Both the position numbers and the translations under genes were made by a program. Of a stretch of DNA of 64,000 nucleotides, positions 1-12,704 are shown in pieces. Within the stretch, counting starts at the first letter, position 1. Each line of letters starts with the position of its first letter. Source of the stretch: Octopus bimaculoides (lineage: Eukaryota); NCBI RefSeq assembly GCF_001194135.2, contig NC_068985.1:18591285-18655284 (forward strand), written 5' to 3'. The notes below the pieces were generated by a model, which saw only the letters and a list, made by a program, of their open reading frames with translations, made no database searches and was not told the origin of the DNA.

Positions 1-1417
1 AACACTTCTGTAATGGGTGGAATCATTATTATTAGATACGTAATATTTATTAAACTGACTCAAGAGAGGGGAAAACCCTTGTGCACTCAATATGGTAAAA
101 ACTAACGACTGTAAAATGGAGCATCTTTGAAAGATACAAGGAAACAATGCTACTTACAAATCTGATTCCATATATATCTGATCAATATGATAGCAATCAA
201 AATTATATCAATCCTCTATCATTAGACATGTAAACCTACAGGTAATTATTGTTTGCTTGGCTCATTTGCAAAGTAAAAACATAAGCGAAATAGCAAATTT
301 AATCACATTTCTACTCGCATAGCAAAATTCAGAGATGATGAATAAATAAGAAAAATAAATGATTAGATAAGCTAGTTCTGTGCCATAATGAATTAGTAAA
401 TGGTAAATATTTATCAATATGGCCAATCTCCAAAAGAGACTCCTCTAATCTTTTAATAAATTGGTTTGCATAATGCACACAAGCTATCAACCTGATGAAC
501 TATAATAATCTAAAGCTCTCTTTTTTTGAAAAAAAAAAAAAATTCTCTAAGCACCAACAGTGTGTTTCTAGTCAATAACCTTTATTTGACTCAGGAAACT
601 AAAATTTTGACCCACTGTGTTTTTTACATTTAATAATTTAATAATCATGATCTCATGTCTGGCTGCTTGATGTTACATTTAAATTATTAGCAACCAAGAG
701 AAAAAAATAGCTCATTAACATCATCTCCTGACTGTGTGTATTATTGACCAAATGGTATATTCTATGATGAGTCACAGACAACCACATGAACTCTGCACAC
801 AGTCTTTGAGACAATTCTATAGAGTCCTGTTCTTTTATTGAAATTTCATTATCTAAAATATAAAAGCTATAACCATTAACTTGCAACTAAACATATTACA
901 TAATGTTTTAGAGAATAGAGAATATCCAGTATTACATACTGATGAAGCATGAAGTTAAATAGTATTTGCATATATATTTCAGAAAGTTATTTTCTATTAC
1001 AATGTATTTTATGTCTTCCACTTAAGTTAACATGATAAACATATCCTGTCAGTTCAGTTGAGACTAATGTAAATCTCTATATAACAATGGCTGATATAAA
1101 TGTTGGCTGATTGGTCTCTGCAGTCATGCTTTAAATAATATAGAGGAAGAGAGAGTAAAAGAGATACAGAAAGAAAGAGATGACATAAGAACTGCAGGAT
1201 GAAGCTTGATGACAGACCATGAGTAAAAGAACATACACAGTGTGAGTGAGAGATAAAGAATCAGAGTGACAAAGGAGGAGAGGGAGTAAAGAACAGATGA
1301 GTTATGGGAGAAGTTAGACAAATGAGAAATTCATTTTATTTACTTTTATGGTAATTTTTGTTGTATCCATTATCTTAGTGTTTATACATGTTAAATTTCA
1401 AATGTTGTATGTATACC

Positions 1418-1760
1418 GTGTGGAGGCACAATGGCTCACTGGTTAGGGCAGCAGACTTGCAATCATAGGATCATGGTTTCGATTCCCAGACCGGGCGTTG
1501 TGAGTGTTTATTGAGTGAAAACACCTAAAAGCTGTACTCTTTCACCACAACTTTCTCTCACTCTTACTTCCTGTTTCTGTTGTGCCTGTAATTCAAAGGG
1601 TCAGCCTCGTCACACTGAATAACCCCGAGAACTACGTTAAGGGTACACGTGTCTGTGGAGTGCTCAGCCACTTGCACGTTAATTTCATGAGCAGGCTGTT
1701 CCGTTGATCGGATCAACTGGAACCCTCGTCGTTGTAAGCAACGGAGTGCCAACAACAACA
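1418..1760 (+). mobile_element. tRNA-derived SINE, family C (octopus OR-like), internally deleted copy
   Basis: Pol III A-box-like TGGCTCACTGG and B-box GGTTTCGATTCC head, body shared with 53913-54240, (CAA)n tail. Confidence 0.85.
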
Positions 1761-1820
1761 ATGTATACCATATTTCCTGATTACCCACAGTGGCAAAAGT
1801 ATATTTCCAAAGTTACCCGT

Positions 1821-1985
1821 CATAATCATCATCATTTAACATGTTTTCCATGCTAGTATGGGTTGGATGTTTTGACAGAAGCTGGCAAGCTAGAGAGCTA
1901 CAACCAGGTTCCATTGGTCAGTTTTGGTACAGCTGGATGCCCTTTCTAATGCTAACCACTTTACGAAAAGTGCACTGGGTGCTTT
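1821..1985 (-). mobile_element. 3' end of RTE-type LINE
   Basis: (CAT)n tail followed by TTTCCATGCTAGTATGGGTTGGA...CAGCTGGATGCCCT, homologous to the young copy at 36246-36756. Confidence 0.75.
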
Positions 1986-2081
1986 TTTAAAATCATAATC
2001 AGGATAATACAAATGTAAGGGATAATTCATAGACTGCTTTTCTCTTTCTAACTGTAGAAAGCATTTAGATAAAGGAAACTC

Positions 2082-2287
2082 TTTTACTCTTTTCCTTGTT
2101 TTAGTCATTTGACTGTGGCCATGCTGGGGCACCGCCTTTAGTCAAGCAAATCGACCCCAGGAGTTATTCTTTGTAAGCCTAGTACTTATTCTATCGTTCT
2201 CTTTTGCCAAACCGCTAAGTTACGTGGACGTAAACACACCAGCATCGGTTGTCAAGCGATGTTGGAGGGACAAACACAGACACACAA

Positions 2288-2329
<42 letters not shown>

Positions 2330-2492
2330 ACATATACGACGGGCTTCTTTCAGTTTCCATCTACCAAATCCACTCACAAGGCTTTGGTTGGCCCGAGGCT
2401 ATAGTAGAAGACACTTGTCCAAAGTGCCACGCAGTGGGACTGAACCCTGAACCATGTGGTTCGTAAGCAAGCTACTTACCACATAGCCACTT
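2082..2492 (-). mobile_element. SINE family A (~400 bp, internal TA/TG microsatellite), young copy
   Basis: Full-length reverse-complement match to 14405-14795; tRNA-like head GTGGCTATGTGGTAAGTAGCTTGCTTACGAACCACATGGTTCAGGGTTCAGTCCC on minus strand. Confidence 0.9.
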
Positions 2493-2819
2493 CTATGCCT
2501 ATAATAGAATCCATAATAGAATTTCTTTTAAAAAAAAAAGAACATCATTAGACATTTTATTAACATAAATATGTAGAGACAGGAAAACATTAGAAGCAAG
2601 AAAAACACTAAAAGTATAAAAGATCAAATTATTGATAAAAAAAACAAACCCCTAATTACCTCACCAAGGAAACAAAGAAAAAGAAACAAAAACAGGGGGA
2701 AGACTGAGAAGCAGATGGGTGGTGGTGGTGGTGATGGAGAGAAGGAGTTATGGGTTATACACCTCAGAACAAATGAAGTATTTAGCTGTGCCTTGCAGAT
2801 GTGATTGCAAAGGCATTAC

Positions 2820-3160
2820 TGCTGTGCAATAAGTTAACTAAAAGGTATTTCACAACCACATGGTTCCAGGTTCAGTCCCACTGCATGGCACCTTGGGTAA
2901 ATGTCTCCTACTGTACCCTCAGGCTACAGTGTGAGAGGGCTTGGTAGATGGAAACTGAATGAAGTCAATTGTGTGTGTGTGTGTGTAAGTCCTTGTCCCT
3001 CTACTGCTGCTTGACAACTGGTGTTGGTGTGTTTACATCCTGTAACTGAATGGTTTGACAAAAGAGACTGATAGAATAAGTACTGGGGTCAATTCATTTG
3101 ACTAAAATTCAAGGTAGTGCTCCAGCAAGGCCATAGACTATTGATTGAAACAAGTAAAAA
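2820..3160 (+). mobile_element. SINE family A, diverged copy
   Basis: CCACATGGTTCCAGGTTCAGTCCCACTGCATGGCACCTTGGG head, (GT)n, GACTGATAGAATAAGTACT, TGAAACAAGTAAAA tail. Confidence 0.85.
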
Positions 3161-3244
3161 AAATTAAAAATAAAAAAAAATTTTTTTAAAAAGATATTTC
3201 TTCTTTTCTATTATTTAATGATTCAAATACAATCCTTTAAGAAG

Positions 3245-3420
3245 CTCACTTTGCAACCACGTGGTTTGGTTTCAGTCCCACTGCACAGCACCTTTGACAA
3301 GTATTTTCTACTCTAGCCCTGGGCTCTCCAATGCCTCGTGTGTGTGTGTGTCCCACAACTGTTTGACAGTGTGGTGCCCCAGCATAGTTTACAGTTCAAT
3401 GACTGAAAAAAGTAAAAGAA
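3245..3420 (+). mobile_element. SINE family A, internally deleted
   Basis: Head CAACCACGTGGTTTGGTTTCAGTCCCACTGCACAGCACC and tail CAATGACTGAAAAAAGTAAAAG. Confidence 0.7.
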
Positions 3421-4904
3421 TTAAACTTCAATTTTCTGAGATTCCCTGTTCTAAAAGTAGATCATCAATTTACATCTGCTTTCCATGCTGCCATGGGTTA
3501 GATAGGTCCTCATTGTCTAATCAGTTGTACATAGAGTGACTATCCTCCTGACTGAGTGAGGGAACCATTCACATTCATGTGTTCCATTTTTGGTATGGTT
3601 TCTAATGTTGGATGACCTTCCTCACACCAACAGAATGCATTTTATTATGACTTCAGTACTTGAGAAATTATCATGCCTTTGTCAAGACCGAGGGCTTGGC
3701 ATAACTGGTGTAGGATAGGTGCACAGGAGTGTTGGTGACAGGCAGTAGATAAAAGACCACCACACACACATACAGACAATAAGAAAGAACCAGAAGCAGA
3801 GGAGAAGAGGAAGTAAATGATAGTAGTTATACATGTTTACCAGGCCATTCTACAAAGTATGTTGTATTTGCTTTAGCACAGCACTGATACTAGAGACATT
3901 GTGTATGACACTAAAGTGTTTTAACGACTCTACTTTGTCTCCATTTGTTCAAGACAATGTTACTAAAAAAGTGAATAGAAAGCAGGACAATGAGAGAAGA
4001 GAAACCAGGATGAGAAGGTGAAAGAAGCAAGACTGATGGGAGAAATTATGTGACTGGAGTAAGAAGATGGTAGAGGAGAGAGTAGTGGAAGAGACACAAT
4101 AATGACAGAGTAAAGAAACAGTAATGGCAGGAAGTTATAAGAGACACAATGATGGTAGCTACATGTTTGCTGGTATTAGAGATAGAGAGAACTTTGTATT
4201 AAGAATGCTCTTCTATTGTTAAGCATTGAATTTCTTGTCTAAAGAAACAAATTTTACCAACTAGAATTAAATCTATTAATGGCATACATTAATTTAAAGA
4301 TGAATTAACGACCAAGAGTGTTGATGTTTCCATTGAGATAATAATGGACAATTAGTAGAGTGACTGGTAGTTTGTATCCAAATACTTCCTCATTCCCTTC
4401 TCATACACCACAACTATGGCTTTTCTTGTGCCATTTCAACTAAAACTCTGATATCCTTTACAACTTCAGCAAAAGCAATGTTAATTTTCTAGGCATAGCA
4501 AAATGTCTGGCTAAGTCAGGCACAAGAGCTCCAAGTAAAATCGACTATGGGTTACTTCCATCTGATTAGCAAAGATTCACTGAGTAATATTAATATCACT
4601 ATCTTTGCCGAGAATAACAGCTAAATTCTCCCAAAAATCATCCCTTATAATCTTGGATTACGACTAATGTGGTCTAAGATTCTATGCACATAAAAAATAG
4701 ACAGAATAGTCATAGTTGGAGTACTTCTGATCATAGGTCTGCTTAACTATGATTGACCAAAGTCATATAACACACGGTTTCTCAAACTACTCCTCAAATA
4801 TCTTTCATACATCTGACTAGCTTAACAACCCCTGTCAAAGTACACCTGATGTACACAACTGTCCTCTAATCAACCCTATTCATCTTACTTCAATCGAGAA
4901 GGTG

Positions 4905-5172
4905 CACAACTTAGTGGTTAGCATATTCAGCTCACAATCATAAGGTCGTGAGTTTGATACCTAGCAGCGTGTTGTGTCCTTGAGCAAGACACTTTATTTC
5001 AGGTTGCTCCAGTCCACTTGGTTGGCAAAAAGGAGTTGTACCTGTAATTCAAAGGGCCAGCCTTGTCGCATGACTGAAGTGCTCAGCCATTTGCATGTTA
5101 ATTTCATGAGCAGGCTGTCCAGTTGATCAGATCAGCTGGAACACACATTGTCATAACTGATGGAATGCCAGT
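4905..5172 (+). mobile_element. SINE family C, diverged
   Basis: GTGGTTAGCATATTCAGCTCACAATCATAAGGTCGTGAGTTTGATACC head; GTTAATTTCATGAGCAGGCTG body; GGAATGCCA end. Confidence 0.8.
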
Positions 5173-5399
5173 TACTCCAATCCTCACTAAATACTTTGAG
5201 CCATTCCTTAATCCCAGGAATATGTCACACTTAAACTACTACTTTGAGCCTCCAACCTACAGAAGTCAATGTCACTGGCACTGATTTATGTATTTGTCCA
5301 AAACCCATCACTCAAATCGCCAAGTCTACCTAGCTGTAATTACATACTATAGAATAAGAACAATACAAGAAGCAGTGATCGTACTGTAAAACTTTGTGG

Positions 5400-5575
5400 A
5401 AAAGGTGCTAGTTGAATACATTGACCCCAGTGCCCAGCTGGTACTTATTTTATCACCCTCAAAAGGATGGAGAGACAGTTGATCACAGTAGAACTTGAAC
5501 TCATAATGTAAAGCCAAAAATAATGCCTCTAAACATTTTGTCAGCAATGCCAACAATTCTGCCAGCTCGCTGCCT
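5400..5575 (-). mobile_element. SINE family B fragment
   Basis: ATTGACCCCAGTGCCCAGCTGGTACTTATTTTATC...CTGCCAGCTCGCTGCCTT, shared with 54255-54450. Confidence 0.75.
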
Positions 5576-5864
5576 TGTATAAACCACTGTACTGAATTAA
5601 ACAGTTCCTGTGGTGACAGATGGGCTCCACCCACATGCAAAGTGTTCAGGTGGCAGCGTTATGGCCCAGTTAGTTATGAAACTCAGTAAATGTCACTTAA
5701 AATTCATGTGTAAAGAATAGACTATACTTTACCTATTTGTTTGTCATTACAGAAGTATTAAGAGACTACTTTATCAGAAAAGTCAATGACATCCACCAAT
5801 ATCTCAAAGATGTGCCAGACTAATAAGGTTCTCAATTTGTTATAACCTATTCTTTATTTATCTT

Positions 5865-6245
5865 TCTCTTTTACTTGTTCTAGTCATTGGACTACAGCCA
5901 TGCTGCAGCACCACCTTAAAGGGTTTAGTCAAACTAATTGACAGTAGTACTTATTTTTCAAATGTGGTACTTAATCTATTTGTCTCTTTTGCTGAACTGC
6001 TAAGTTATGAGGGTGTAAACAAACTAACACCAGTTGTCAAGCAGTGGGGAAGGGGAACAAAGATGCGCGCGCGTGCACACGCACACACACACGCACACAA
6101 TGGGCTCCCACACAGTTTGTCAACCAAATTCACTCACAAGGCATTGGTTGGCCTTGGACTATAGTAAAAGACACTTGCCTAAGGTTCCATGCAGTGAGAC
6201 TGAACTTGAGAACACATGGCCGCAAAGCAAACTTCTTAACCATAA
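5865..6245 (-). mobile_element. SINE family A
   Basis: TTTTACTTGTTCTAGTCATTGGAC...CAGTGAGACTGAAC, same architecture as 2082-2492. Confidence 0.85.
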
Positions 6246-6449
6246 ATTCTAGGAGATGAAATCTCAGCTTTTAAGATTTTAAAAGCCTTTAACTTAAAAA
6301 TTAGCAAGAAATATTTCAACCCCAAATTTGAATCAAAGGAGAAAATATTTCATAAATGTTGATGGTTTTGAAACAGCATTCTAGTTCATGTAGATAATAC
6401 AGATAGACGATATCTTAAAGAAACAACATTACATTACTAATCCGCTTAC

Positions 6450-6479
6450 TCATATGAAATGCACATCTTATCACACTTC
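6450..6479 (-). CDS. Candidate 30-nt phase 2/phase 2 exon of host gene (Q)KCDKMCISY(E/D)
   Basis: Good donor GA|GTAAGC and AG acceptor; phase compatible with exon 10182-10281, but no polypyrimidine tract. Confidence 0.2.
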
Positions 6480-6564
6480 CTACATATGCTTGGTAACGTA
6501 AATATACACATCACCAACAAAAGTACCAAGCTTTTCTTTATTTGGATAAAGTATACAAAAATTG

Positions 6565-6770
6565 GTTTCAAATTTTGGCACAAGACCAGCAAGTTCAGGA
6601 GAGGGGGTAATTCAATTATATCAACCCCAGTACTCAACTGATACTTATTTTATCAACCCTGAAAGGATAAAAAGGTTAAGGACAACCTCAGCAAAATTTA
6701 AACACAGAACCTAAAGGTGGACAAAATGCCACAAAGCATTTTGCCCAATATGCTAACGCTTCTGTCACCT
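6565..6770 (-). mobile_element. SINE family B
   Basis: TTGGTTTCAAATTTTGGCACAAGACCAGC...GCATTTTGCCC...GCTAACGCTTCTG. Confidence 0.8.
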
Positions 6771-7519
6771 TAAAATACATAAATATTGAATACTTGGTAA
6801 CGCAGTTTTTGAAGGCATATAAAACTTTTTTCTCCAGGTAAAAAAATAAAAAACTCTGAATGTAAAGTTGAGCCTAGATTGATTTAAATATTATCTGTTT
6901 TAGTTCGCAAAATACCATTTTTCCTGAATATGCAATACTGAATTTAAGGTGTCTCTAATAAGCCAATGAGTCTTCCATGCCATCAAATATGGTATTTTAC
7001 ATTGCAGAAAAATGCTCATAAATTTTCAAGTTGTACATCATATACACTCAGATTTTCAGGTTGTACAGTCCCCCCCCCCCACTCAAAAAAAGGCAAACAG
7101 CTATGGCCATCATTCCCAAACAATTATGGCCTTGTAGTGTGCACCACGCCTTTGCTAAGTATTTCAGGTTTCTATTTAGTTGCAAACAGATATAGACACA
7201 TTCTTATCCCACTCCACTATGGATCTAATAGAATCTCAAGAACGTGACAGCTAGTGGGAGAGAAATGCATCTGCACTAGGGCTTATACTAATGCTCAGCT
7301 GAGTAAACTGGAGCAGCATGAAATGAAGTACCTTGCTCAAGGACACAATGTGCCATCCTGTCTAGGAATCACAAGAAAGAAAGAAAACAAAGCAATTTGA
7401 GGAGCAAAACTGTACAGCCTAACATTTTCTATCATCTAAACCTATAACCAAGCTGCACATTTACCTTGTTTCTAAGGAGTCTTTGCTCTAACTTCACAGG
7501 TTCTCCAAGACAAGATCAA

Positions 7520-7684
7520 TATGGTTAAAATTCCTTGCAACCACAAGGTTTTAGATTCAATCTCACAGGACAATAACTTGGGAAAGTGTCTACTACCATA
7601 ACCAAAGTCAGCGAATGCTTTGAGTGAATTTGGGAGCTGGAAACTGTGTGGAGGCCTGCTTGTGTGAGAGAGAGNNNNNNNNNN

Positions 7685-7737
<53 letters not shown>

Positions 7738-7990
7738 CCTTCCACTGCTTGACAACTGAGGTTGGTTTGTTTATGCCCTTGTAACTTAGCAGTTTGGCAA
7801 AAGAGACTGACAGAATAAGTACCAGACTCAAAAACAAAAGCACTGGGGGCAATCTGTTTGACTGAAACCCAGCATGGCCACAGTCCAATGACTGTAACAA
7901 ATAAANNNNNNNNNNACAAAAGCACTGGGGACAATCTGTTTGACTGAAACCCAGCATGGCCACAGTCCAACGACTGTAACAAATAAAAGA
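7520..7990 (+). mobile_element. SINE family A with (GA)n tract; 3' part duplicated across a 10-N gap
   Basis: Family A motifs GCTTGACAACTG, GGCAAAAGAGACTGACAGAATAAGTACC, CAGCATGGCCACAGTCCAA. Confidence 0.8.
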
Positions 7991-8599
7991 TAAACATGTA
8001 ATTTCAAATAAACAATTGCAGGGAAGGGAAAGACATCTGCAGAAAGGAAGTTCCAAAAGGATATCATTCTGAGGAAAAAGTATTGGTTAGTGTGAGGCTG
8101 GCGAAGTGGGGGGGGGGAGGCAACACAATATAGATGAGGAGTGAACTGAGAGTGCTTGAGGCTACCAACTATGAAAGACATAGGTCACTGTAGTAGTAGG
8201 TGTAGTAGTAATAATAGTGGTGGTAGAAAAAAAATATGACAGACAAATAAGACAGGCTGTCATTGGGCCAGCAGCTGGAGTACCACTGGTAACCAGTCAA
8301 GTGGCCTTTCTTTGACATTTGTCTAGGGTGTGTGTGTGTGTGTGTGTAGAAGGATTGTCTCAAATGTGGGGGCAATACTCCATTATAGGTTTCACCTGGG
8401 CTTTGTACAAGATTAATAGTTGCTGGGAACTTAAGTATGTTCTGGCCCTCAAAAGAAAGGTCAGTGTTAGCAGGACAGTCTTTGCTATCTTGGGAATGCT
8501 TGTTCCCTAGAAACAATCTGTGATGGTGAAGTTTTCACACATACAAACTATTGTTACTCCCACAACCTCATATCCAATACTTAACACTATTCCTACACT

Positions 8600-8946
8600 C
8601 CAAAACTATTTCTCTGTAACTGTATGTGTAGTTTAAATAATAAAGTCCTTGAATTTTAAATCAAAACTGAGTTTTAAAAAATTTACAACAGCTTTGTAGA
8701 TATTCCTATATGTGAGACAGGACATGTATTGTTATATTTCTGTTGAAATGCTCTGTGTTTCTTTCACTTAATTTTAGATATAACAAAGAATTTAGTAAAA
8801 TAACTTAGTTATCATTAAGCTAGTGTTAGGAACATACATTGTGATTAAGGCTTCATAAAAGATTTTAATTTAGAACTTTTGAAAACAAGACATTTATACT
8901 ACAAAGCCAGAAGTCATTTCAGCCAGGTTGGTATTGAAACGGTTAA
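8600..8946. mobile_element. Non-autonomous DNA transposon (TTAA-ended MITE), right part
   Basis: Ends CAGCCAGGTTGGTATTGAAACGGTTAA; resembles a recurrent octopus interspersed repeat (from memory); left end not resolved. Confidence 0.45.
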
Positions 8947-9849
8947 GGAGATAGTGTGGGTAAGATTTTGCTTAGTGACAATTCATGGAAGAAAAACAAT
9001 AACAGGGAATAGATTTATATGAATTAGAATGACACCAATNNNNNNNNNNNNNNNNNNNNNNNNNNNNNNNNNNNNNNNNNNNNNNNNNNNNNNNNNNNNN
9101 NNNNNNNNNNNNNNNNNNNNNNNNNNNNNNNNNNNNNNNNNNNNNNNNNNNNNNNNNNNNNNNNNNNNNNNNNNNNNNNNNNNNNNNNNNNNNNNNNNNN
9201 NNNNNNNNNNNNNNNNNNNNNNNNNNNNNNNNNNNNNNNNNNNNNNNNNNNNNNNNNNNNNNNNNNNNNNNNNNNNNNNNNNNNNNNNNNNNNNNNNNNN
9301 NNNNNNNNNNNNNNNNNNNNNNNNNNNNNNNNNNNNNNNNNNNNNNNCAAGAACCAAATTTATTTAATTAATTCTCATTACAGATATTAATTCTAAACAT
9401 TTTCTGCTCTAACATTCCTGAACAAGAGAGTTATATCAATGACATCTAAAGATTAATTTTTAAAAAAATTTTTTTTATAGAGATAAAATTATCTGGTTTT
9501 GAATTTAAATTTAAAATAAGAGTGAAATTGGAATAAATCTATTGAAATTAATAATGAGTAGAAAATAATCTATGAAAAAGATAATTATAAAAAGAGAAAT
9601 TAAAAAGGTTTAAAAGAGAGAGTGACAACAGAAGCAGAGAGTGTAATGCAGTTGTATGATAGAGTGAGAGGAGTGGGGAGGAGGAAAGACAAGCCAGAGG
9701 ATAAAAAGAATTATATGAAGATACAAAACAAACAATGAAATCATGAAATGGGTTAATGTTAAAAAATGTTGTATAAATATAAAGGGAACACAAGATACAA
9801 GGGTCGGGGCAGAATAGGGAGATTATTTTTAGAGTACATGTAACTATTT

Positions 9850-10085
9850 ATTAAAAAGTATTAAGCCTGAGGATACCCTAAAATAAAATATATAAGAACT
9901 ATTTTCCTTATACAATTCCCCTACATTACATAGTGTTCCTCTTAATTCAATGTATTTTTGCTTTCTTCTGACACAGTTTCTAAACTGTCAAGTGTCCTCC
10001 CAATTGAAGTTTTCCCATGGATGCCAAAATGCCTTGTGTAATCAACTACACCTAAATCTCTAACTCCTCCTGTGAGCTGTTTCCT
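9850..10085 (-). pseudogene. Degenerate CR1/L2-like LINE RT C-terminal remnant
   Basis: Minus frame reads KQLTGGVRDLGVVDYTRHFGIHGKTSIGRTL, resembling the (E)RDLGV motif that follows the RT core. Confidence 0.35.
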
Positions 10086-10181
10086 CAACAAAATTATACA
10101 AATATGCAGTGTAGAGAAGAAAGTAAATTCACAAAAATTCCATATTATTCAACGCAGTCACTATTAATTCTAAGTACTTAC

Positions 10182-10281
10182 TGCTTCATTACAGTTCTAC
10201 CACCGACGCCACTGCTATGTAATGGCATCAAATAACAGAAAACCAACAAGATATGAATTTCTTTAAATACAACAATTGATT
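10182..10281 (-). CDS. 100-nt internal exon of unidentified host gene: (E)SIVVFKEIHILLVFCYLMPLHSSGVGGRTVMK(Q/H), signal-peptide-like
   Basis: Strong acceptor (T)nCCTTTCTCCGCCAG|A and donor CA|GTAAGTA; only one frame (phase 1 in, phase 2 out) is open; CpGs retained in otherwise CpG-depleted DNA. Confidence 0.6.
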
Positions 10282-11379
10282 CTGGCGGAGAAAGGAAAAA
10301 AAAAATCTATCAGAAATTAGCTTTTCCAAGTATTTCCATTTCTAGGTTAAAATTACAAGAGGTTTGTTGAAGAGAGCAACTTGAAGCTGAGTCATAATCA
10401 ATACCAGCAGGCAACTTGCATGGTTCCACGGCTACATGCAACTAACAAGGTTTGGCATTACAAATAGATTAGCCACAAAATACTGCAAAAATTTCTCATT
10501 TCTTTCTCTGAAAAGGTTTATTATTTTGATAAGAATGGGAACAAAATAAATAGACTTCAACAACAAGGAAGAAATAAACTGAAATTAATGACATCTTAAT
10601 TAATCTTTCACTCAAATATTGTTTATTTTAGTGAATTCCTGCATAAGATTATAATCTAATCTAACGAGCTACAAATAACAATAATTACAGGGTTATTATT
10701 TGACATTTATTTTCAGAACAGACAAAACAATATTAAATTTAATGACAAATTTAAGGGGCTAAAGTTTTTATTCAAATTAATCCTAATTAAATTTCTTTCC
10801 TCAGGATATAAATTACAAGAATTTGTTTCTTTTTAAAAAGGACAAGAAATGTTTATAAACAACAGAAACACTTATGGAATAAAAGAATGAATTCTTAACA
10901 CTGACTGGAATTCAATTAGACTATGGACAGTAGCTAAGTTTTCAGTTCTAAACTCAAGTATATCAGGGGGTAACCTGACCCCATCTCCAACTCTATACAC
11001 TGAATTGGACAAGGAAAGATATGTAACAAGAAAGATGGGAAAGTTAGAATGCCAGCAATAACTTTTGAAGGTTAAAGAATAGTTTGAAAAATGAAAACTT
11101 ACTTAAACTAGCAGCAATAACTGAGACATTCTCAGAACTAATAGGGACCCAAATAAAATTGCCAAAACTTCAATTTACAATACACTATGACACAAGAGGA
11201 CAGTAATTTAATTTAACACTTTATTCTATAATATGATTAATCGTAGACAGGTAAGCTTCAATAAGTAGGTGTGGGTTTAATGCCAGCTGGTAAATTAAGT
11301 AATAATGAATATGTATTATTATACAGTTACAAATTTTAAAATGCCAACTTTCTTGACACTAAGCTAAATTTTGTAGAGA

Positions 11380-11910
11380 GAGATAGACAGAAAGCAAGAG
11401 GGGACAGGATGGATAAATAGAAAGAGAGGGAGTGTGAGAGAGAGGGGAGAAGAGGAAGGGAGAGGGAGGAAGAGAGGGGGAAAGCTAGGGGGAGGAGTGA
11501 AAGAGAAAGGGTGAGGGAGAGAGGGAGTGAAAGAAAGGGGGTGANNNNNNNNNNNNNNNNNNNNNNNNNNNNNNNNNNNNNNNNNNNNNNNNNNNNNNNN
11601 NNNNNNNNNNNNNNNNNNNNNNNNNNNNNNNNNNNNNNNNNNNNNNNNNNNNNNNNNNNNNNNNNNNNNNNNNNNNNNNNNNNNNNNNNNNNNNNNGGAT
11701 GAAACAGAGAGGGGGTGAAAGAGAGGGATGAAACAGAGAGGGGGTGAAAGAGAGGGGGGTGAAAGAGAGAGGGAGGGTAAAAGAGGGGAGTAAGAGAGGG
11801 AGGGTAAAAGAGAGAAGGAGGGTGAAAGAGAGAGGGAGGGTAAAAGAGGGGAGTAAGAGAGAGAAGAAGAGTGAAAGAGAGGGAGGGTGAAAGAGAGAGG
11901 GAAAGAGAGC
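11380..11910 (+). repeat. Polypurine GA-rich minisatellite (unit ~GAGGGTGAAAGAGAGA) spanning an N gap
   Basis: Nearly pure A/G with periodic GGGTGAAAG / GGGTAAAAG units. Confidence 0.9.
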
Positions 11911-12704
11911 AAAATGCAGTAGACTTATAACCATAGCAGGAAAATAGAAAAAGCAACATTTGAAAAATATACTAAATTTTCATCTGCATTGCAAACATAT
12001 ACACTATGTGAAAAAATTAAGTGCCTTCAAGAACCCCAAGATGCTCTTATGACAGAGCTTATCTCTAGTTTCATAGCATCAAGTGGAGACAGAACTCTTG
12101 AGAATCCCAAATAATCTGGTACAGAGAGTTGATTTTAAAGTCAACAATAAAATAAAGTGACTATCAAGTGTAATACTCAAATAGTTAATGAAATCTATGG
12201 AATGGATTTTAACTTGACATTACTTCTCTCTCACATAGAGAATATCCTATATTTAGGAAAGCAAAGAACACACATTTTTTCTTGGAATTTTTCATTTATA
12301 TCTGCATTACCAACAATTGAACCTTGATCAAAGGCTTACATTTTTCAGCTAAAGGAGTTGCTGTAGCCAGGTTTCAATAGAAGTTACTTTTTTTTTTTTT
12401 TCATGTTTATTTATTTATTTATTGGTCTAAAAGAAGGAACTCAGAGATCAGTGAGATTAATGTTATCTCAAATAGTTGATGACTGCAGGAAAAATCTGAA
12501 CAAGCAAGGAATTAAAGAAGACCAGCATTCTTTGTGGTATGTAATACAAAACCAGGGCAGGTGGGGACAATATGGAAGAGTGACGTCAGTCAAGAATGCT
12601 TGATTGGAGGTGGTATGAGACCAGCTAGCTTTGAAGAGCAAAGGTTGCTGTGACTTTAGTAAAAAAAGACAATGAAAGGAGGTAGTGTTATTTTCTTAGC
12701 CACT

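Noticed and set aside
653-886. 77-aa minus ORF (DNEISIKEQDSIELSQRLCAEF...) with a TTTTAG acceptor near 854 as a terminal exon
   Set aside because: No recognisable homology, and it needs a phase-1 entry that does not match the phase-2 end of the upstream candidate exons
1418-1495. tRNA-like sequence (also at 52620-52690)
   Set aside because: These are SINE heads continuing into SINE bodies; no complete cloverleaf or acceptor stem
7465-7503. Possible exon GEPVKLEQRLLRNK with donor AAG|GTAAAT
   Set aside because: The only acceptor is a poor GAG and the phase is incompatible
7835-7990. ~70-bp direct repeat
   Set aside because: It straddles a 10-N gap with only about 2 differences; likely haplotype overlap or assembly artefact
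7472-8181. Long minus-strand ORFs (194, 129 and 117 aa)
   Set aside because: They run through a SINE, (GA)n and N gaps; artefacts
9040-9347. Poly-X ORFs here and at 11545, 26909, 32073, 40864, 45075, 49003, 53582 and 61642
   Set aside because: These are assembly N gaps, mostly at (TA)n microsatellites
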